Positions 49,425-60,484 of a stretch of DNA of 64,000 nt are shown here, piece after piece. How positions within the stretch are numbered: the stretch's first letter is position 1; each line of letters starts with the position of its first letter. The position numbers and the translations under genes are program-made. The notes beneath the pieces are model-generated. The model was not told where the DNA came from. It did not search any database and saw only the letters and a list, made by a program, of their open reading frames with translations. Source of the DNA: Trueperaceae bacterium (GTDB lineage: Bacteria > Deinococcota > Deinococci > Deinococcales > Trueperaceae). Where the stretch lies: NCBI GenBank assembly GCA_965213705.1, contig OZ243913.1:3168001-3232000 (forward strand). The letters run 5' to 3'.

Positions 49425-50321
49425 CTAATCACTGGCGGCTTTGGCCTGAAGCTCGAGGCGATTCCGCCGGCTCCGGTTGACGAGCGCGATGCCGGCGATG
49501 GCAATTCCGCCGCCGAGCAAGGTCAGCAAACCCGGCACCTCTCCTAACAACCACCAACTGAACAGCAAACTGAATACCGGCACCATGTACAAAAAGGCAG
49601 CGACGAGCGTGACCGGCGCTTGCGAAAGCGCGTAGGCGTAAAGCGTGTAGGCGACGGCCGACGGCACGACGCCGATGTACACGGCGGCCAGCAGCGGCGT
49701 CGTGCCCGCCGTGGAAAGGTCCGCGCCGAGGCCGGGCAGAAAGACGAGCATCGGCAGGGTTCCGGCCCAGGTCGCAAAAGCCGTGACTTCGACAGGTTTG
49801 TAGCGTTCGAAGAGGGGTTTCTGCAACACGGCGTGAAAAGCCGTGACCACCGCCGAGACCAAGATGAGCAGCGCGTAGGCGTTGAAGCCGAGGTTTGCGC
49901 CGCTCCCCAGCACGATTAAAACGACCCCGCCGAGGGAAGTCCCGATGCCCAACCAGCCCAAACCGCTCAAACGCTCGGCGAGCAAAAAGTAAGCGACGAC
50001 GGCCGTAAAAGCGGGCGCGGTGGCGATGATGAGGCTCGCCGCCCCCGCCGAAACGTGCAACTCACCAAAGTTGAGCGCCGTGTGGTAAAAAAAATAGCCG
50101 AGCAAACCCAACAGAAAAAAGAACGGCACGTCGCGGCGTTCGGGTATCATTTTACGGCCGGTCAGCGCCAGAAAAGGCAAGAAACACGCCGAGGCGACGA
50201 GGTGCCGCAGCAGCGTCAGGTGGCCCGCCGACAAACCTTCCAACCCCAGCTTGATGCCGGGAAACGCCGAACCCCAGAGGACGGCCAAGAGCAGGAGAAG
50301 AGCGAAAAGGGAGGAAGTCAC
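49425..50321 (-). CDS. EamA/DMT-family transporter
   Basis: LWGSAF, ASLIIATAP.F, L.ER, Y..PV, LLGE; two EamA repeats. Confidence 0.9.
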   Translation of the reverse strand: MTSSLFALLLLLAVLWGSAFPGIKLGLEGLSAGHLTLLRHLVASACFLPFLALTGRKMIPERRDVPFFFLLGLLGYFFYHTALNFGELHVSAGAASLIIATAPAFTAVVAYFLLAERLSGLGWLGIGTSLGGVVLIVLGSGANLGFNAYALLILVSAVVTAFHAVLQKPLFERYKPVEVTAFATWAGTLPMLVFLPGLGADLSTAGTTPLLAAVYIGVVPSAVAYTLYAYALSQAPVTLVAAFLYMVPVFSLLFSWWLLGEVPGLLTLLGGGIAIAGIALVNRSRRNRLELQAKAASD

Positions 50322-50466
50322 AGCGGCTACTCTAACGCAGGTGCGGCGACGGAAGAGAAAGCTTAGAGACTGGGCTGGTAAGAACCGAGTTGACGTCAAA
50401 CGGGAACTGAATAGAAAAAGCGAGGAGAAGGTTTCTCCTCACTCACAACTCGTCGACACTTTGACT

Positions 50467-51480
50467 TCAACTCCTCGAGCCCGCCGCCTGAACCGCTCCG
50501 TCAGGCAGCGCCACGGTGCGCCCGCAGGCGCAAATTTCTTGGTCGCGCACCATCGTCGCCTGGCCCTCGCGGTACCAAAGCGTGTCGCAGTCGGGGCAGC
50601 GGATTTCGTCTTGCGAAATGGCGCGGATTTGCTCGGGGCCGAGCCAGCGCTTTTCGCCGCACCAGTGACAGACCGCTTCCGCGCCGCCCTCTTGTCGAAT
50701 CATCTCCTCGCGCTCCTGGACGGTGAAGTAAGCGAGCGCGTCCAGGGCTTTTTCGTCGCTGCAGCGGCAGTCGAACCGCAGGGGCAGCGCGTCCTCGGTC
50801 AACAGTTCGAACTCCAAGCCCCAGCACAGTTCATGAACGATTTCGATCAAGGACATACTCGCCATCGCCGTGGTGAGCTGGCCGAAGGCCTTGACGTTGG
50901 CGGTGAGCAGGTCGAGCGCGCCTTGGTTCGCGTCGGGCAGGGCTTGCAGGATTACACCGCCCGAGCGGGTCACCCGACCCTCTTCGACGTACACGCCCAA
51001 AAGCACCGCCGAGCCGATTTGCTCGGACTGGGCTAAAAACACCGCGATGTCCTCGGCGACTTCGCCGTTGTGGAGTTTGACGCTCGAGCTGTACGGGTCG
51101 CCGTAGGGCGCGTGCGAGCGGATGACCTCGATGTCGCCCTTGCCGACGCCGCCGCCCACGTTCAGCTTGCCGTCCGGGCGCGGGGCCAGGTTGACCCAGG
51201 GTTTGGCGACGTAACCGCGCACCGAGCCGTCGAGTCCGGCCTCGGCGATGACGCCGCCCAGCGGCCCGTCGCCGCGCAGGCGCAGGGTGAGGCGGTCCTG
51301 GTGGTTTTTTAAGAGCACGTGCGACAGCAGCAGCGCGCCGGTCAGCGTGCGGCCCAGCGCCGCCGCGGCGGTGGGCGTGGCGTCGTGGCGTGAACGGGCC
51401 TCTTCGACCAGGGTCGTGGTGTCCGCCGCAATCACGCGAATGCCACCGTTAGCAGCAATGCCGCGAAGTAAGTAAGACAT
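50467..51480 (-). CDS. hslO: Hsp33 redox-regulated chaperone with an extra C-terminal Cys cluster
   Basis: ALGR.LTG, GDGPLGG, G.VRGY, SEQ, GG.ILQALP, CRCS...CHWC, then CPDC...CAC. Confidence 0.93.
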   Translation of the reverse strand: MSYLLRGIAANGGIRVIAADTTTLVEEARSRHDATPTAAAALGRTLTGALLLSHVLLKNHQDRLTLRLRGDGPLGGVIAEAGLDGSVRGYVAKPWVNLAPRPDGKLNVGGGVGKGDIEVIRSHAPYGDPYSSSVKLHNGEVAEDIAVFLAQSEQIGSAVLLGVYVEEGRVTRSGGVILQALPDANQGALDLLTANVKAFGQLTTAMASMSLIEIVHELCWGLEFELLTEDALPLRFDCRCSDEKALDALAYFTVQEREEMIRQEGGAEAVCHWCGEKRWLGPEQIRAISQDEIRCPDCDTLWYREGQATMVRDQEICACGRTVALPDGAVQAAGSRS

Positions 51481-51742
51481 GTGGGTTCCTTCCCCGACGC
51501 GCCAAAAAGAGAGGCGGTTCGACACCGCCCGACACGTCAAGCATTCCTCAAAGTATAAAAAGAGACCCCGCCAAAAGCGGTAAGACGCCTTACGGCAGGC
51601 GAGCGGCACCTCAATCTCCGCTAGCAGATAAAACCACAAGTCTCGGTTTTCGGTGCGCAATTTTCGATGCACAATGCAAGGACGCTTGGCGCGTCGGGCC
51701 GGTCATTCACCTGGTACGAGATGAATTGTCGACAGACCTTTC

Positions 51743-51841
51743 AGCTAATCCATGGTGAATTTGCAGAATGCTTAGTTGGTCTATCCGTACTCGCTCCACT
51801 CGGGGGAATTTGCAGGAGCAAATTCCCCCTGGAGATACTTA
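51743..51841 (-). repeat. ~100-bp dispersed palindromic repeat (MITE/REPIN-like), copy 2
   Basis: Reverse-complement near-identity to 41820-41918. Confidence 0.85.
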
Positions 51842-51940
51842 GTTGCAAACCAGAACGCTCACACCCAAATGACTTTACGCCGAAGCTTCTGAGGAGTTCC
51901 CGAGTACTCACGCAGAAAGTCTCGAGGAAAACCCCTCGAG

Positions 51941-54265
51941 TCAATTCATCACCCTCTGCAAACTCGGACTCTCCAACCGCTCCAACAACGCCTCCGCCAA
52001 CCTCAGCGCCATGAGTTTGTCCAAGTGCTGGTTGCCGTTCCCGCACTTGGGGCTCAGCACGCAGCGCGGGCAGCCGGTTTTGCACTCGCAATCACGGAGC
52101 AGGTCGCGCGCCGCCCCCAACCAATCCGGAAACAGCGACGCGCCCGCTCGAGCGTAGCCCACGCCGCCGGGGTAGCCGTCGTAAATAAAAATCAGCGGCT
52201 CGCTCGTCGGGGGGTACACCGGGTAACTCACGCCGCCCACGTCGGCGCGTTCACACAGGACGAACACCGGCAGCAGGCCGATGAGGGTGTGCTCGAGGGC
52301 GTGCATGGCGCTGGGCAGGTCGGTCGCCGGAACTGCACCCGCCGCCTCGCGCACGCCGAGCCACAGGGCCTGGGTTGTGTAGGCGGTTTGCGGCAGGTCG
52401 AGGGGGATTTCGTCCAAAACCGCCTCGCTGTAATAGCGTTTTTTCACGAAGCTCGAGACCTCGACCGACACGCGGACGCGGCCCACGTTGACGCCGTAAA
52501 CCTCGAACTCGCGCGCCAAGATTTCGATGTCGGTCGCGGAGCGCGTCTGGGTGTAGTAGTCGCCGAAGTGCGGCAGCAGCACGGCGACGCCCTCTTGCAA
52601 GTTCAGGTCGGCGACGAGGTAAGTTTCGCCCGCCTGCAGGTACACCGCGCCGGTGTGGAGTTCGCGGAGCGCCGTGGCCCGGTCGCTCACGCCGACGGTT
52701 TTGCCGAAGCCGTCTTTGAGGACGACGCGCTTGCCGCCCGTCCCGCGCACGGCCACGTGGCGGTGCGGGTAGCGGCCGTAGTAGTGCCAGGTGCGCTCGC
52801 GCTTGACGAGCTTGCTGCTGCGTTGAGGCTCGAGCCACTCCGCCACGTAGCCTTCGGCCTCCACGACGGGTTTTTCGGCCGCCGCGCAAGCGACGTGGAG
52901 CGGGTGCAGCTCGGTGTTGAAGGCGTCGGCGACGGCCCGTTCAACCTTGCCCTCGGTGATGAGGTCGGGATGCGTGAGGTAATACTCGTCGAGCGGGTCG
53001 TTGCCCGCGATGAGGAGGGTCAGCGCGCGCGTGTCGCCCCGCCCGGCCCGCCCAGCGCGTTGCCACAGCGCGGTCAGCGAGCCCGGATACCCGACCAGCA
53101 CCACCGCGTCCACCCCGCCGATGTCCACCCCGAGCTCGAGCGCGCTCGTCGCGGTGAGCACGCGGATGTCGCCCCTTTTGAAACCCTGCTCGAGCGCGCG
53201 TCTGTCCTCCGGGGTGTAGCCCGCCCGGTAACTTTGCAGCAGGGCGGCCTCGTCGTCGCCCAAGTAGCCGCTCGCGTACCGCTTCAAGAGTTCCGCCGAC
53301 TTTCTCGAGTTGCAAAAAAAGATGCTCTTCAAACCCGCCCGGACGAACTGCGCCGCTAGCAGCGCCGCCTCGGTGTTGGGGCTGCGCCGCCGCCCGTCTT
53401 CCGAGAGAAGCGGCGGTTGCCAGAAGACGAGTTCGCGCGCGGCGCGCGGGCCGTAGTCCTCGCGCACCGCGCTGAAGGGGACGCCACACAGGTTTTCGGC
53501 GTGCTCGGCCGGGTTGGCGATGGTCGCGCTCGCCGCGATAATTTGCGGCGTCGCGCCGTAGTGCCGCGCCAAGCGCAGCAGCCGCCGCAGGATGTTCGCC
53601 ACGTGCGTGCCCATCACGCCGCGGTAGCTGTGGAGTTCGTCGACGACGACGTAGCGCAAGCGCCCTAAAAACCGCGCCCACTTGTCGTGAAACGGCAAAA
53701 GACCGTAGTGGAGCATGTCGGGGTTGGTGAACAGGCACCTCGCTCCGTCACGAACGCCCGCACGTTTGGCGGTGGGCGTGTCGCCGTCGTAGCTCGCGAC
53801 GAGGTGGGACACTCCGAAGGGCTCGGCGAGGGTGGCGAGCTTCTCGAGCTGGTCGTGCGCCAGCGCTTTGGTGGGGAACAGGTACAGCGCCGCGCCGCCC
53901 TCTTGCAGCGCGTGGACCGTCGGCACTTGGTAGCTGAGCGACTTGCCCGACGCGGTCGGCGTGGCGACGACGAGGTCGTGGCCCGCCTCGATAAAGGTCA
54001 GCGCTTCGGCCTGGTGGCGGTAAGGCGTGATGTTGAGGGCCTCGAGGATGCTTTTGAAACGCCCTTCATACTGGACCGTTTCACCCTCGGCACGTGCTGG
54101 AAAATAGCTGAATGCGGCGATTTGACCCTCGTACAGCTCGAGGCTTTTGAGCCATTCGTGGTAACTTGTGGTCTCGCCCAACGCGGCCGGCACCTTGTCA
54201 GCCGTCTCCGCGGCCTCGTTTCCTGCAGCCTCGACCTCAGCCTCAACTTTGACTGTCTCGAGCAT
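51941..54265 (-). CDS. DEAH-box helicase with DUF1998 (Hrq1/MrfA/SftH-like)
   Basis: TASGKS, PTKALA.DQ, DELH, SAT, QRAGRAGR, YDGYPGG.G, C.C..GCP.C...C. Confidence 0.93.
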   Translation of the reverse strand: MLETVKVEAEVEAAGNEAAETADKVPAALGETTSYHEWLKSLELYEGQIAAFSYFPARAEGETVQYEGRFKSILEALNITPYRHQAEALTFIEAGHDLVVATPTASGKSLSYQVPTVHALQEGGAALYLFPTKALAHDQLEKLATLAEPFGVSHLVASYDGDTPTAKRAGVRDGARCLFTNPDMLHYGLLPFHDKWARFLGRLRYVVVDELHSYRGVMGTHVANILRRLLRLARHYGATPQIIAASATIANPAEHAENLCGVPFSAVREDYGPRAARELVFWQPPLLSEDGRRRSPNTEAALLAAQFVRAGLKSIFFCNSRKSAELLKRYASGYLGDDEAALLQSYRAGYTPEDRRALEQGFKRGDIRVLTATSALELGVDIGGVDAVVLVGYPGSLTALWQRAGRAGRGDTRALTLLIAGNDPLDEYYLTHPDLITEGKVERAVADAFNTELHPLHVACAAAEKPVVEAEGYVAEWLEPQRSSKLVKRERTWHYYGRYPHRHVAVRGTGGKRVVLKDGFGKTVGVSDRATALRELHTGAVYLQAGETYLVADLNLQEGVAVLLPHFGDYYTQTRSATDIEILAREFEVYGVNVGRVRVSVEVSSFVKKRYYSEAVLDEIPLDLPQTAYTTQALWLGVREAAGAVPATDLPSAMHALEHTLIGLLPVFVLCERADVGGVSYPVYPPTSEPLIFIYDGYPGGVGYARAGASLFPDWLGAARDLLRDCECKTGCPRCVLSPKCGNGNQHLDKLMALRLAEALLERLESPSLQRVMN

Positions 54266-54398
54266 GCCTCCAGCCTAGCCCGAACGCTGTCGGCGCGTGT
54301 CGCCTTGCCTTGGGTTCCGGGTGAAAATAGTTGCGGCGCAAGCTGCAAACCCGCAAGGTAGGCGTGCTACACTTTGAAAGATTTCACACCTCTGGAAG

Positions 54399-55625
54399 GT
54401 GGCCTCATCCGTGCTGACCTTGTTTCTCGTTCTTCTCTACGCCCTGGTGCTTCCTTACATCGGTTTGATGCTGATGGTCGTGGTGGGCATGACCCGCGTC
54501 AAGCGCCGCCCCTACAGCGCGGCGACGCCGCCGGTCAGCGTGATTATTCCCGCCCACAACGAAGAAGACAAGCTGGCGGCGACGCTTGCGTCCTTAAACC
54601 GGCAAGTTTACGAGGGCAATTTGGAGTTCGTCATCGTCAACGACCGCTCCACGGACGCGACCGAAACCATCATTCGAGACTTTGTAAAGCGGGACGGCCG
54701 TTTCAAACTCGTCAACGTGGCTTTTCCCAGTCGCCGTTTAGCCCCCAAGGTCAACGCGGTCAATACCGGTATCAAAAATTCTACCGGTGAGATTATTTTG
54801 GCGAGCGACGCGGACTGCGAGTACCCCGCGGGCTGGGTGGCTGGGATGGTTTCGCACTTTGAGCCCGACGTGGCGATGGTGGTCGGCTACGTCGAGACGA
54901 CGCGGGCTTACGGCGCGAAAAACTGGACGCAGCGCTTCGAGTCGGCGGACTGGTTCACGCTGATTCTCACCTCACGGTCACTGACGCATTTCGGTTGGAA
55001 GTTCGCTTCAAGCGCCAACAACCAAGCTTACCGCCGCAGCGCCTTTACGGCCATCGGCGGGTTCGGCGCGTCGGGCCGCGCGCCGAGCGGCGACGAAGAC
55101 TTGCTCACCCAGCGCATGGGCCGCTTGCCGGGGATGCGTGTCGTTTTTGCCAGCAGCGAAGACGTGCGCGTGCTCACCCAACCGGTGCCGTCCCTGCTCG
55201 CCCTGCTGCGCCAGCGGCGGCGCTGGGTGTCGCGCTACCAACACGTCGTCCACTACCACCCGGCCTTTTTGGCGAGCATCGCCACGCTTGGGTTTCAGAG
55301 TATTTTACTGTCGCTGGGCGCGCTGCTGTCGCTTCTCATCCCGGCCCTCGCCCCTTGGGTGTTGGGGCTGTGGGCGCTCAAGTTCGCGGTCGAATTTTAC
55401 GGGATGTACCTTGGCACGAAACAGTTGGGCCGCCCCGACCTGTGGGGGTTCACCACGGTCGTTTGGGCCTTTTTTCACCCTTTTTTTATCGCCACGGTGG
55501 CGCTGTGGTCGTTTTTCAAACCCGGCGCGTGGTACGCCGGAGCCGCCAGCTACCGCCGCCGCTTTTTCAAGCGAAGGTTGCGCGAGTTCGGGCGCAGGGT
55601 CAGGAACTCGCTGGCAGGGTTTTAG
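54399..55625 (+). CDS. Glycosyltransferase family 2 (membrane-bound)
   Basis: IIPAHNEE, NDRSTD, DAD, GDED, QRRRW; TM helices at both ends. Confidence 0.9.
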   Translation: MASSVLTLFLVLLYALVLPYIGLMLMVVVGMTRVKRRPYSAATPPVSVIIPAHNEEDKLAATLASLNRQVYEGNLEFVIVNDRSTDATETIIRDFVKRDGRFKLVNVAFPSRRLAPKVNAVNTGIKNSTGEIILASDADCEYPAGWVAGMVSHFEPDVAMVVGYVETTRAYGAKNWTQRFESADWFTLILTSRSLTHFGWKFASSANNQAYRRSAFTAIGGFGASGRAPSGDEDLLTQRMGRLPGMRVVFASSEDVRVLTQPVPSLLALLRQRRRWVSRYQHVVHYHPAFLASIATLGFQSILLSLGALLSLLIPALAPWVLGLWALKFAVEFYGMYLGTKQLGRPDLWGFTTVVWAFFHPFFIATVALWSFFKPGAWYAGAASYRRRFFKRRLREFGRRVRNSLAGF

Positions 55626-55645
55626 GGTAGCAGGATTTTAAGAGA

Positions 55646-55678
55646 CAAGGACTGAGGGGAAAAACCCTTCAGTCCTTG
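55646..55678. terminator. Hairpin between convergent genes
   Basis: caaggactga / tcagtccttg inverted repeat. Confidence 0.6.
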
Positions 55679-55744
55679 CTACTTTTTGCTTTACGAAGAC
55701 TCAGCCGAGTCAGTTTCTACTGCAGGGACTGAGGGATTTGAGAA

Positions 55745-56737
<993 letters not shown>

Positions 56738-57123
56738 GACGCTCGAGCTAAAAATGCCTTTTATCTATGCTTACCCCAGGATTACCTCTACATATACACC
56801 CGGCCCTAAAGCGGGCCGTCCAGAAATTTCACAGTTGCGAAAGTAAGATTGACCACAGGCACGAACATAGAAGTGTTTTGCCAGGCGGCTCGAGCAGCGT
56901 CAGGCGCAAACTCACGCGGTCCCCCGTGCTAAGCTGAACCACTAGTTGAGAGCCGTTGAGGGGGAAGGTTATGACAGGGTTTTTTGGGCAGGCGCTTAAA
57001 GACGACCAGTTCGGCACCGGCCCGCTCACGCCTCCTCGTTCCGCGGTTGAGTTTGCACCGCATCAGAGAAAGCTCGGCGCTTAAAACGCGAGACCCGGCC
57101 TCCGACGAGGGCCCGTTTGACCT

Positions 57124-58269
57124 ATGCGCATCGCCCTTTTCACCGAAACGTTTCTACCCAAAATCGACGGCGTCGTCACGCGCATCACGCGCACGCTGGA
57201 CGAACTCAAAGAACTCGGCCATGAAGTCTTGGTTTTCGCGCCGCACAACCCGCCGCCGGAGTACAGGGGGTTTCGGGTGGTGCAGGTGCCCGCGCTCCCT
57301 TTCAAACCCTGGTATCCGGAACTGTTTTTGGGTTTGCCGCGCCCGCGCTTGGGCCGCGAATTGGACCGCTTTGCGCCGGACCTCGTCCACGTCGTCAACC
57401 CGGTGATTTTGGGGCTGTGGGGCACGGCGATTGCCAAACAGCGCAACTTACCGCTGTTGGCGAGCTACCACACCGACATCACGCAGTACGCCGTCCACCT
57501 CAAGCTGCCGCTCTTGGGCATGGTGTCGCGCGGTTTTCTGCGCGACGTTCACAACCAGGCGCACGTCAACCTCTGCACCAGTCAGCCGATGGTCAATTCG
57601 GCGCGGGGTTTGGGCATCCGGCGGGTGCGGCTATGGCCTAAGGCGGTGGACACGGACATGTACCATCCCGGCAACACCTCCCAAGCGATGCGCGAACGCC
57701 TCTCAGACGGCCACCCCGAAGCCCCGCTGATGATTTACGTGGGGCGGTTGTCACATGAAAAGCGGCTCGAGTGGCTGTACGCGCCGGTCACACAGTTGGA
57801 GGGCGTTCGCCTCGCGCTCGTCGGCTCAGGCCCGGCGGAGGCTTACCTCAAAGAGCGTTTTCAGGGCACGAACACGGTGTTTATGGGTTACATGTCGGGC
57901 CAAGCGCTGGCCGAAGCCTACGCGAGCGCGGACGTGTTCGCGTTTCCCAGCGACACCGAAACGCTCGGCTTCGTGGCGATGGAGGCGATGGCCTCGGGCG
58001 TGCCCGCGGTCGGCGCGCGGGCGGGCGGCATTCCCGACGTGATTCGCCACGGCGAGAACGGCTTTATGTTTACGCCCGGCGACCTGGGCGAGTTCAGCGA
58101 ACAGCTCGGTAAGCTTCTTTTCGACGAAAGCTTGCGCGCCAAGCTCGGTCGGCAGGCCAGAAAAGACATGGAGGGTCTGGGCTGGCCTGCGGCGACCGAA
58201 AAGTTGCTCGAGTACTACGCCCTCGCCCGCACCATCCACCGCCGCTACGACCCGCCAAGTGTCTACTGA
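57124..58269 (+). CDS. Glycosyltransferase family 4 (SqdX/MgtA-like)
   Basis: FTETFLPKIDGV, SYHT, YVGRLS.EK, PS.TETLG.V.MEAMASG.P. Confidence 0.92.
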   Translation: MRIALFTETFLPKIDGVVTRITRTLDELKELGHEVLVFAPHNPPPEYRGFRVVQVPALPFKPWYPELFLGLPRPRLGRELDRFAPDLVHVVNPVILGLWGTAIAKQRNLPLLASYHTDITQYAVHLKLPLLGMVSRGFLRDVHNQAHVNLCTSQPMVNSARGLGIRRVRLWPKAVDTDMYHPGNTSQAMRERLSDGHPEAPLMIYVGRLSHEKRLEWLYAPVTQLEGVRLALVGSGPAEAYLKERFQGTNTVFMGYMSGQALAEAYASADVFAFPSDTETLGFVAMEAMASGVPAVGARAGGIPDVIRHGENGFMFTPGDLGEFSEQLGKLLFDESLRAKLGRQARKDMEGLGWPAATEKLLEYYALARTIHRRYDPPSVY

Positions 58270-58601
58270 GGCGCGTGTACTGAGGGAGGACAAAGGGGAA
58301 ATTCGGGGTTGGTCACGCCGTACTTGGGACGCTCGAGGTTGTTTCAGTTTGACGCGGAAGTGATTTAAGAACCTGGCTGTGACAAAAGACGGTGCGGCGT
58401 GAGTAGGACCGCTTTGTTGTAGAACGGCCCATCCTGCACATTAACCATAAAGCCCTTTTTTGCTGCCCAACGTCAAAAGTTGAAAAATCAGTCGCGCGAA
58501 CGGTGTAAAGTTTGGTGGACGACCCGACAAACTTAGCGAAGTCCGGGCAGGCGTTGGCTGACGAAGGCCAGCAGGTTGGTCCGCTAGACCCCCTAAAGGA
58601 T

Positions 58602-59540
58602 TCACCGAATGAACGCCGTGCGGTGCTCCTGCAAAAACTCGTCCACCGTGCGCGGATAACGGCCGAGGACCTTTTGCATCTCGCCCGTCGGCCGCTCTGG
58701 AACCTGCACGGCGAGTTCTTCTAGCTCAACGACGTGCCGCGCCAACCACGCAGGCAGCTTGGCCTGGGTTAGGAGCATCTGGTAGTGCTCAGCTCGAGAG
58801 AGATTTTTGTACCCAACCTCCGCGCAAGTGACGAGCGAGAGGCGAGCGGCCATGTCCTCGTTTGTGACGGCCTCAGGGCCGGTGAGGGTGATCGCGCCCT
58901 TTGGCAGGGGTATATCGCCCAACAAAAGGCGCACCGCGACCGAGGCGACGTCACGGCAGTCTACGTAGTTGCGAGGGGCCGAACCTGCCGAGCCGACAAC
59001 CATACCAGAGCGGCTGATCTCGTACGCGTTACGGAGCCAGTTCTGCATAAACGAGTAGGGGCGCAAACAGCAGTGCTCGAGCCCACTGGCGTCAAGTTTC
59101 GCCTCAATCTCGCGGTGCCAGTTCGCGACCTCCACGTTTGCGGGCTCAGCGACCACGGGGGCGGAAAGTTTGATAACGCGGCGCACGCCAGCCTGCCGCG
59201 CCGCTTCTACCGCAGTTGACTCGGTTCGCACCTGTTCGGGGTGGGTACCGACGAGGAGAAAAAGCGCGTCCGCGCCAGCGAACGCGCGGCGGAGCCCCGC
59301 CACGGACCCGTGATCGACGCTTACGTAGCCCACACGCGCGGGTTCGTCCTAATGAGGCGCGGGGTAGCGCCGGTCGGGGTGGCGGAGAAGGCCCCTGACG
59401 GCGCAATCACGTTTTGCCAGCCCTCGCATAACCTCGGTGCCCACCGCGCCGGTGCAGCCGAGCACGGCGATGAGAGGGGAGCGCGGCGAAGAGGTTACGG
59501 AGTCTATGGAGTCTACGGTCATCTTGGTTAGCTCGAGCAT
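58602..59540 (-). pseudogene. NmrA-family NAD(P)H-binding oxidoreductase with an in-frame TAG
   Basis: N-terminal Rossmann IAVLGCTGAVG (59349-59540) continues in the same frame after TAG (59349-59351) into AFAGADALFL...LRP..FMQN...VD.RDVA...LTGPE. Confidence 0.8.
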
Positions 59541-59541
59541 C

Positions 59542-59787
59542 TCAGCGTGACCCTTGGTCTTGTATCTGGAGAAGACGCCGCAACACCTTCTCGGTCAGCG
59601 GGATCGCCAAGACGGAAATGGGAATAGAGATGGCGAACGCCGTCGCAAAACTCCACAACCACATGGTGAAGAACCCCTCGGCAAAGCCGACGTTGACGAG
59701 CAGCAGGAGCAGGGACATGAAAACCGACATCATAAACCCCACCGCGATGCTCATCGCAACACCGAAAACTTGTTTGCTCACTTTCAT
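59542..59787 (-). CDS. DUF2798-family small membrane protein
   Basis: F...MS..M..FMS, GF...F...WL.SF..AF...P; AAGGAG RBS. Confidence 0.75.
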   Translation of the reverse strand: MKVSKQVFGVAMSIAVGFMMSVFMSLLLLLVNVGFAEGFFTMWLWSFATAFAISIPISVLAIPLTEKVLRRLLQIQDQGSR

Positions 59788-59850
59788 AACACTCTCCTTT
59801 ATAGATTTGTTGATACGAAACTTGTCGTTACAAGTTTTATGCTAAAAAAA

Positions 59851-60303
59851 TTAGTCTCGCAGTTTGTCCAAAAGTTCGTTTAGCTGCCTAGCCTCCTCTT
59901 TTGATAAGTTTTTCCTCCTGTCTCGCTCTACCGACAGCTTGGCGTCCATCTCTTTCAGCCGCTCCTCTCCACATTCGCTTAAAGTGACGTTCACGACTCT
60001 TCTGTTTTCGGGGTTCACCTCCCTGACAACCAGTCCCATGTCGTTTAGCTTGTCGAGCAGCCGCGTCAGGTCGCCCCTTTTGTTCAACAGAGCTTTTTTA
60101 ATCGCGCCAACCGCGAGCGGTTCCGGGTGGTGGTCCTGTAGCGTCTTGAGGATGTTGTAGTGCTGGTCGTTGATCCCGAACGCTTTAAGAACCGTCTGGG
60201 TCTTTTCCAGAAAAACGTTATAGGTATAGGCCAGGTTTACGATGGCCTTGTGGCGTTCGTCCTCGAACGGAACGTTTACATTGATCTCCTCCTCCAGCTT
60301 CAT
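59851..60303 (-). CDS. MarR-family transcriptional regulator
   Basis: Q.YNIL..L, D.TRLLDKL..MGLV.R...PENRR...V.L...G. Confidence 0.92.
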   Translation of the reverse strand: MKLEEEINVNVPFEDERHKAIVNLAYTYNVFLEKTQTVLKAFGINDQHYNILKTLQDHHPEPLAVGAIKKALLNKRGDLTRLLDKLNDMGLVVREVNPENRRVVNVTLSECGEERLKEMDAKLSVERDRRKNLSKEEARQLNELLDKLRD

Positions 60304-60484
60304 CTTTTGGCGCTCCTCACCGATTTTGTCGTAGAGACAAAATTCGTAATTACATACTACTTACTGCGTTGCGTGCTGTCAAGTCTGCCTTGACTTCTCA
60401 ACAAACTTGACGAAGGGCCTGGTGACGGCTTCGCTGGGCCAGCCACTTATGCGTGAGACGGGCGCGACTGCCGCAAAGGCACAG

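Noticed and set aside
50467..51672. N-terminal extensions in the ORF track for hslO (also rimK, UDG, C45, NUDIX, EamA, TetR 41989)
   Set aside because: Downstream starts fit domain boundaries, RBS or leaderless -10 boxes, or stop-start overlaps better.
751..53359. Long alternative ORFs (e.g. 751-1914 +, 10592-11566 -, 41962-42978 +, 44952-46583 -, 52025-53359 +)
   Set aside because: They are antisense shadows of well-supported genes in a GC-rich genome, with no recognisable motifs.
59349..59351. Pyrrolysine recoding of the TAG in the NmrA gene
   Set aside because: No pyl genes in the window and other genes here use TAG as a normal stop; a nonsense mutation or sequencing error is simpler.
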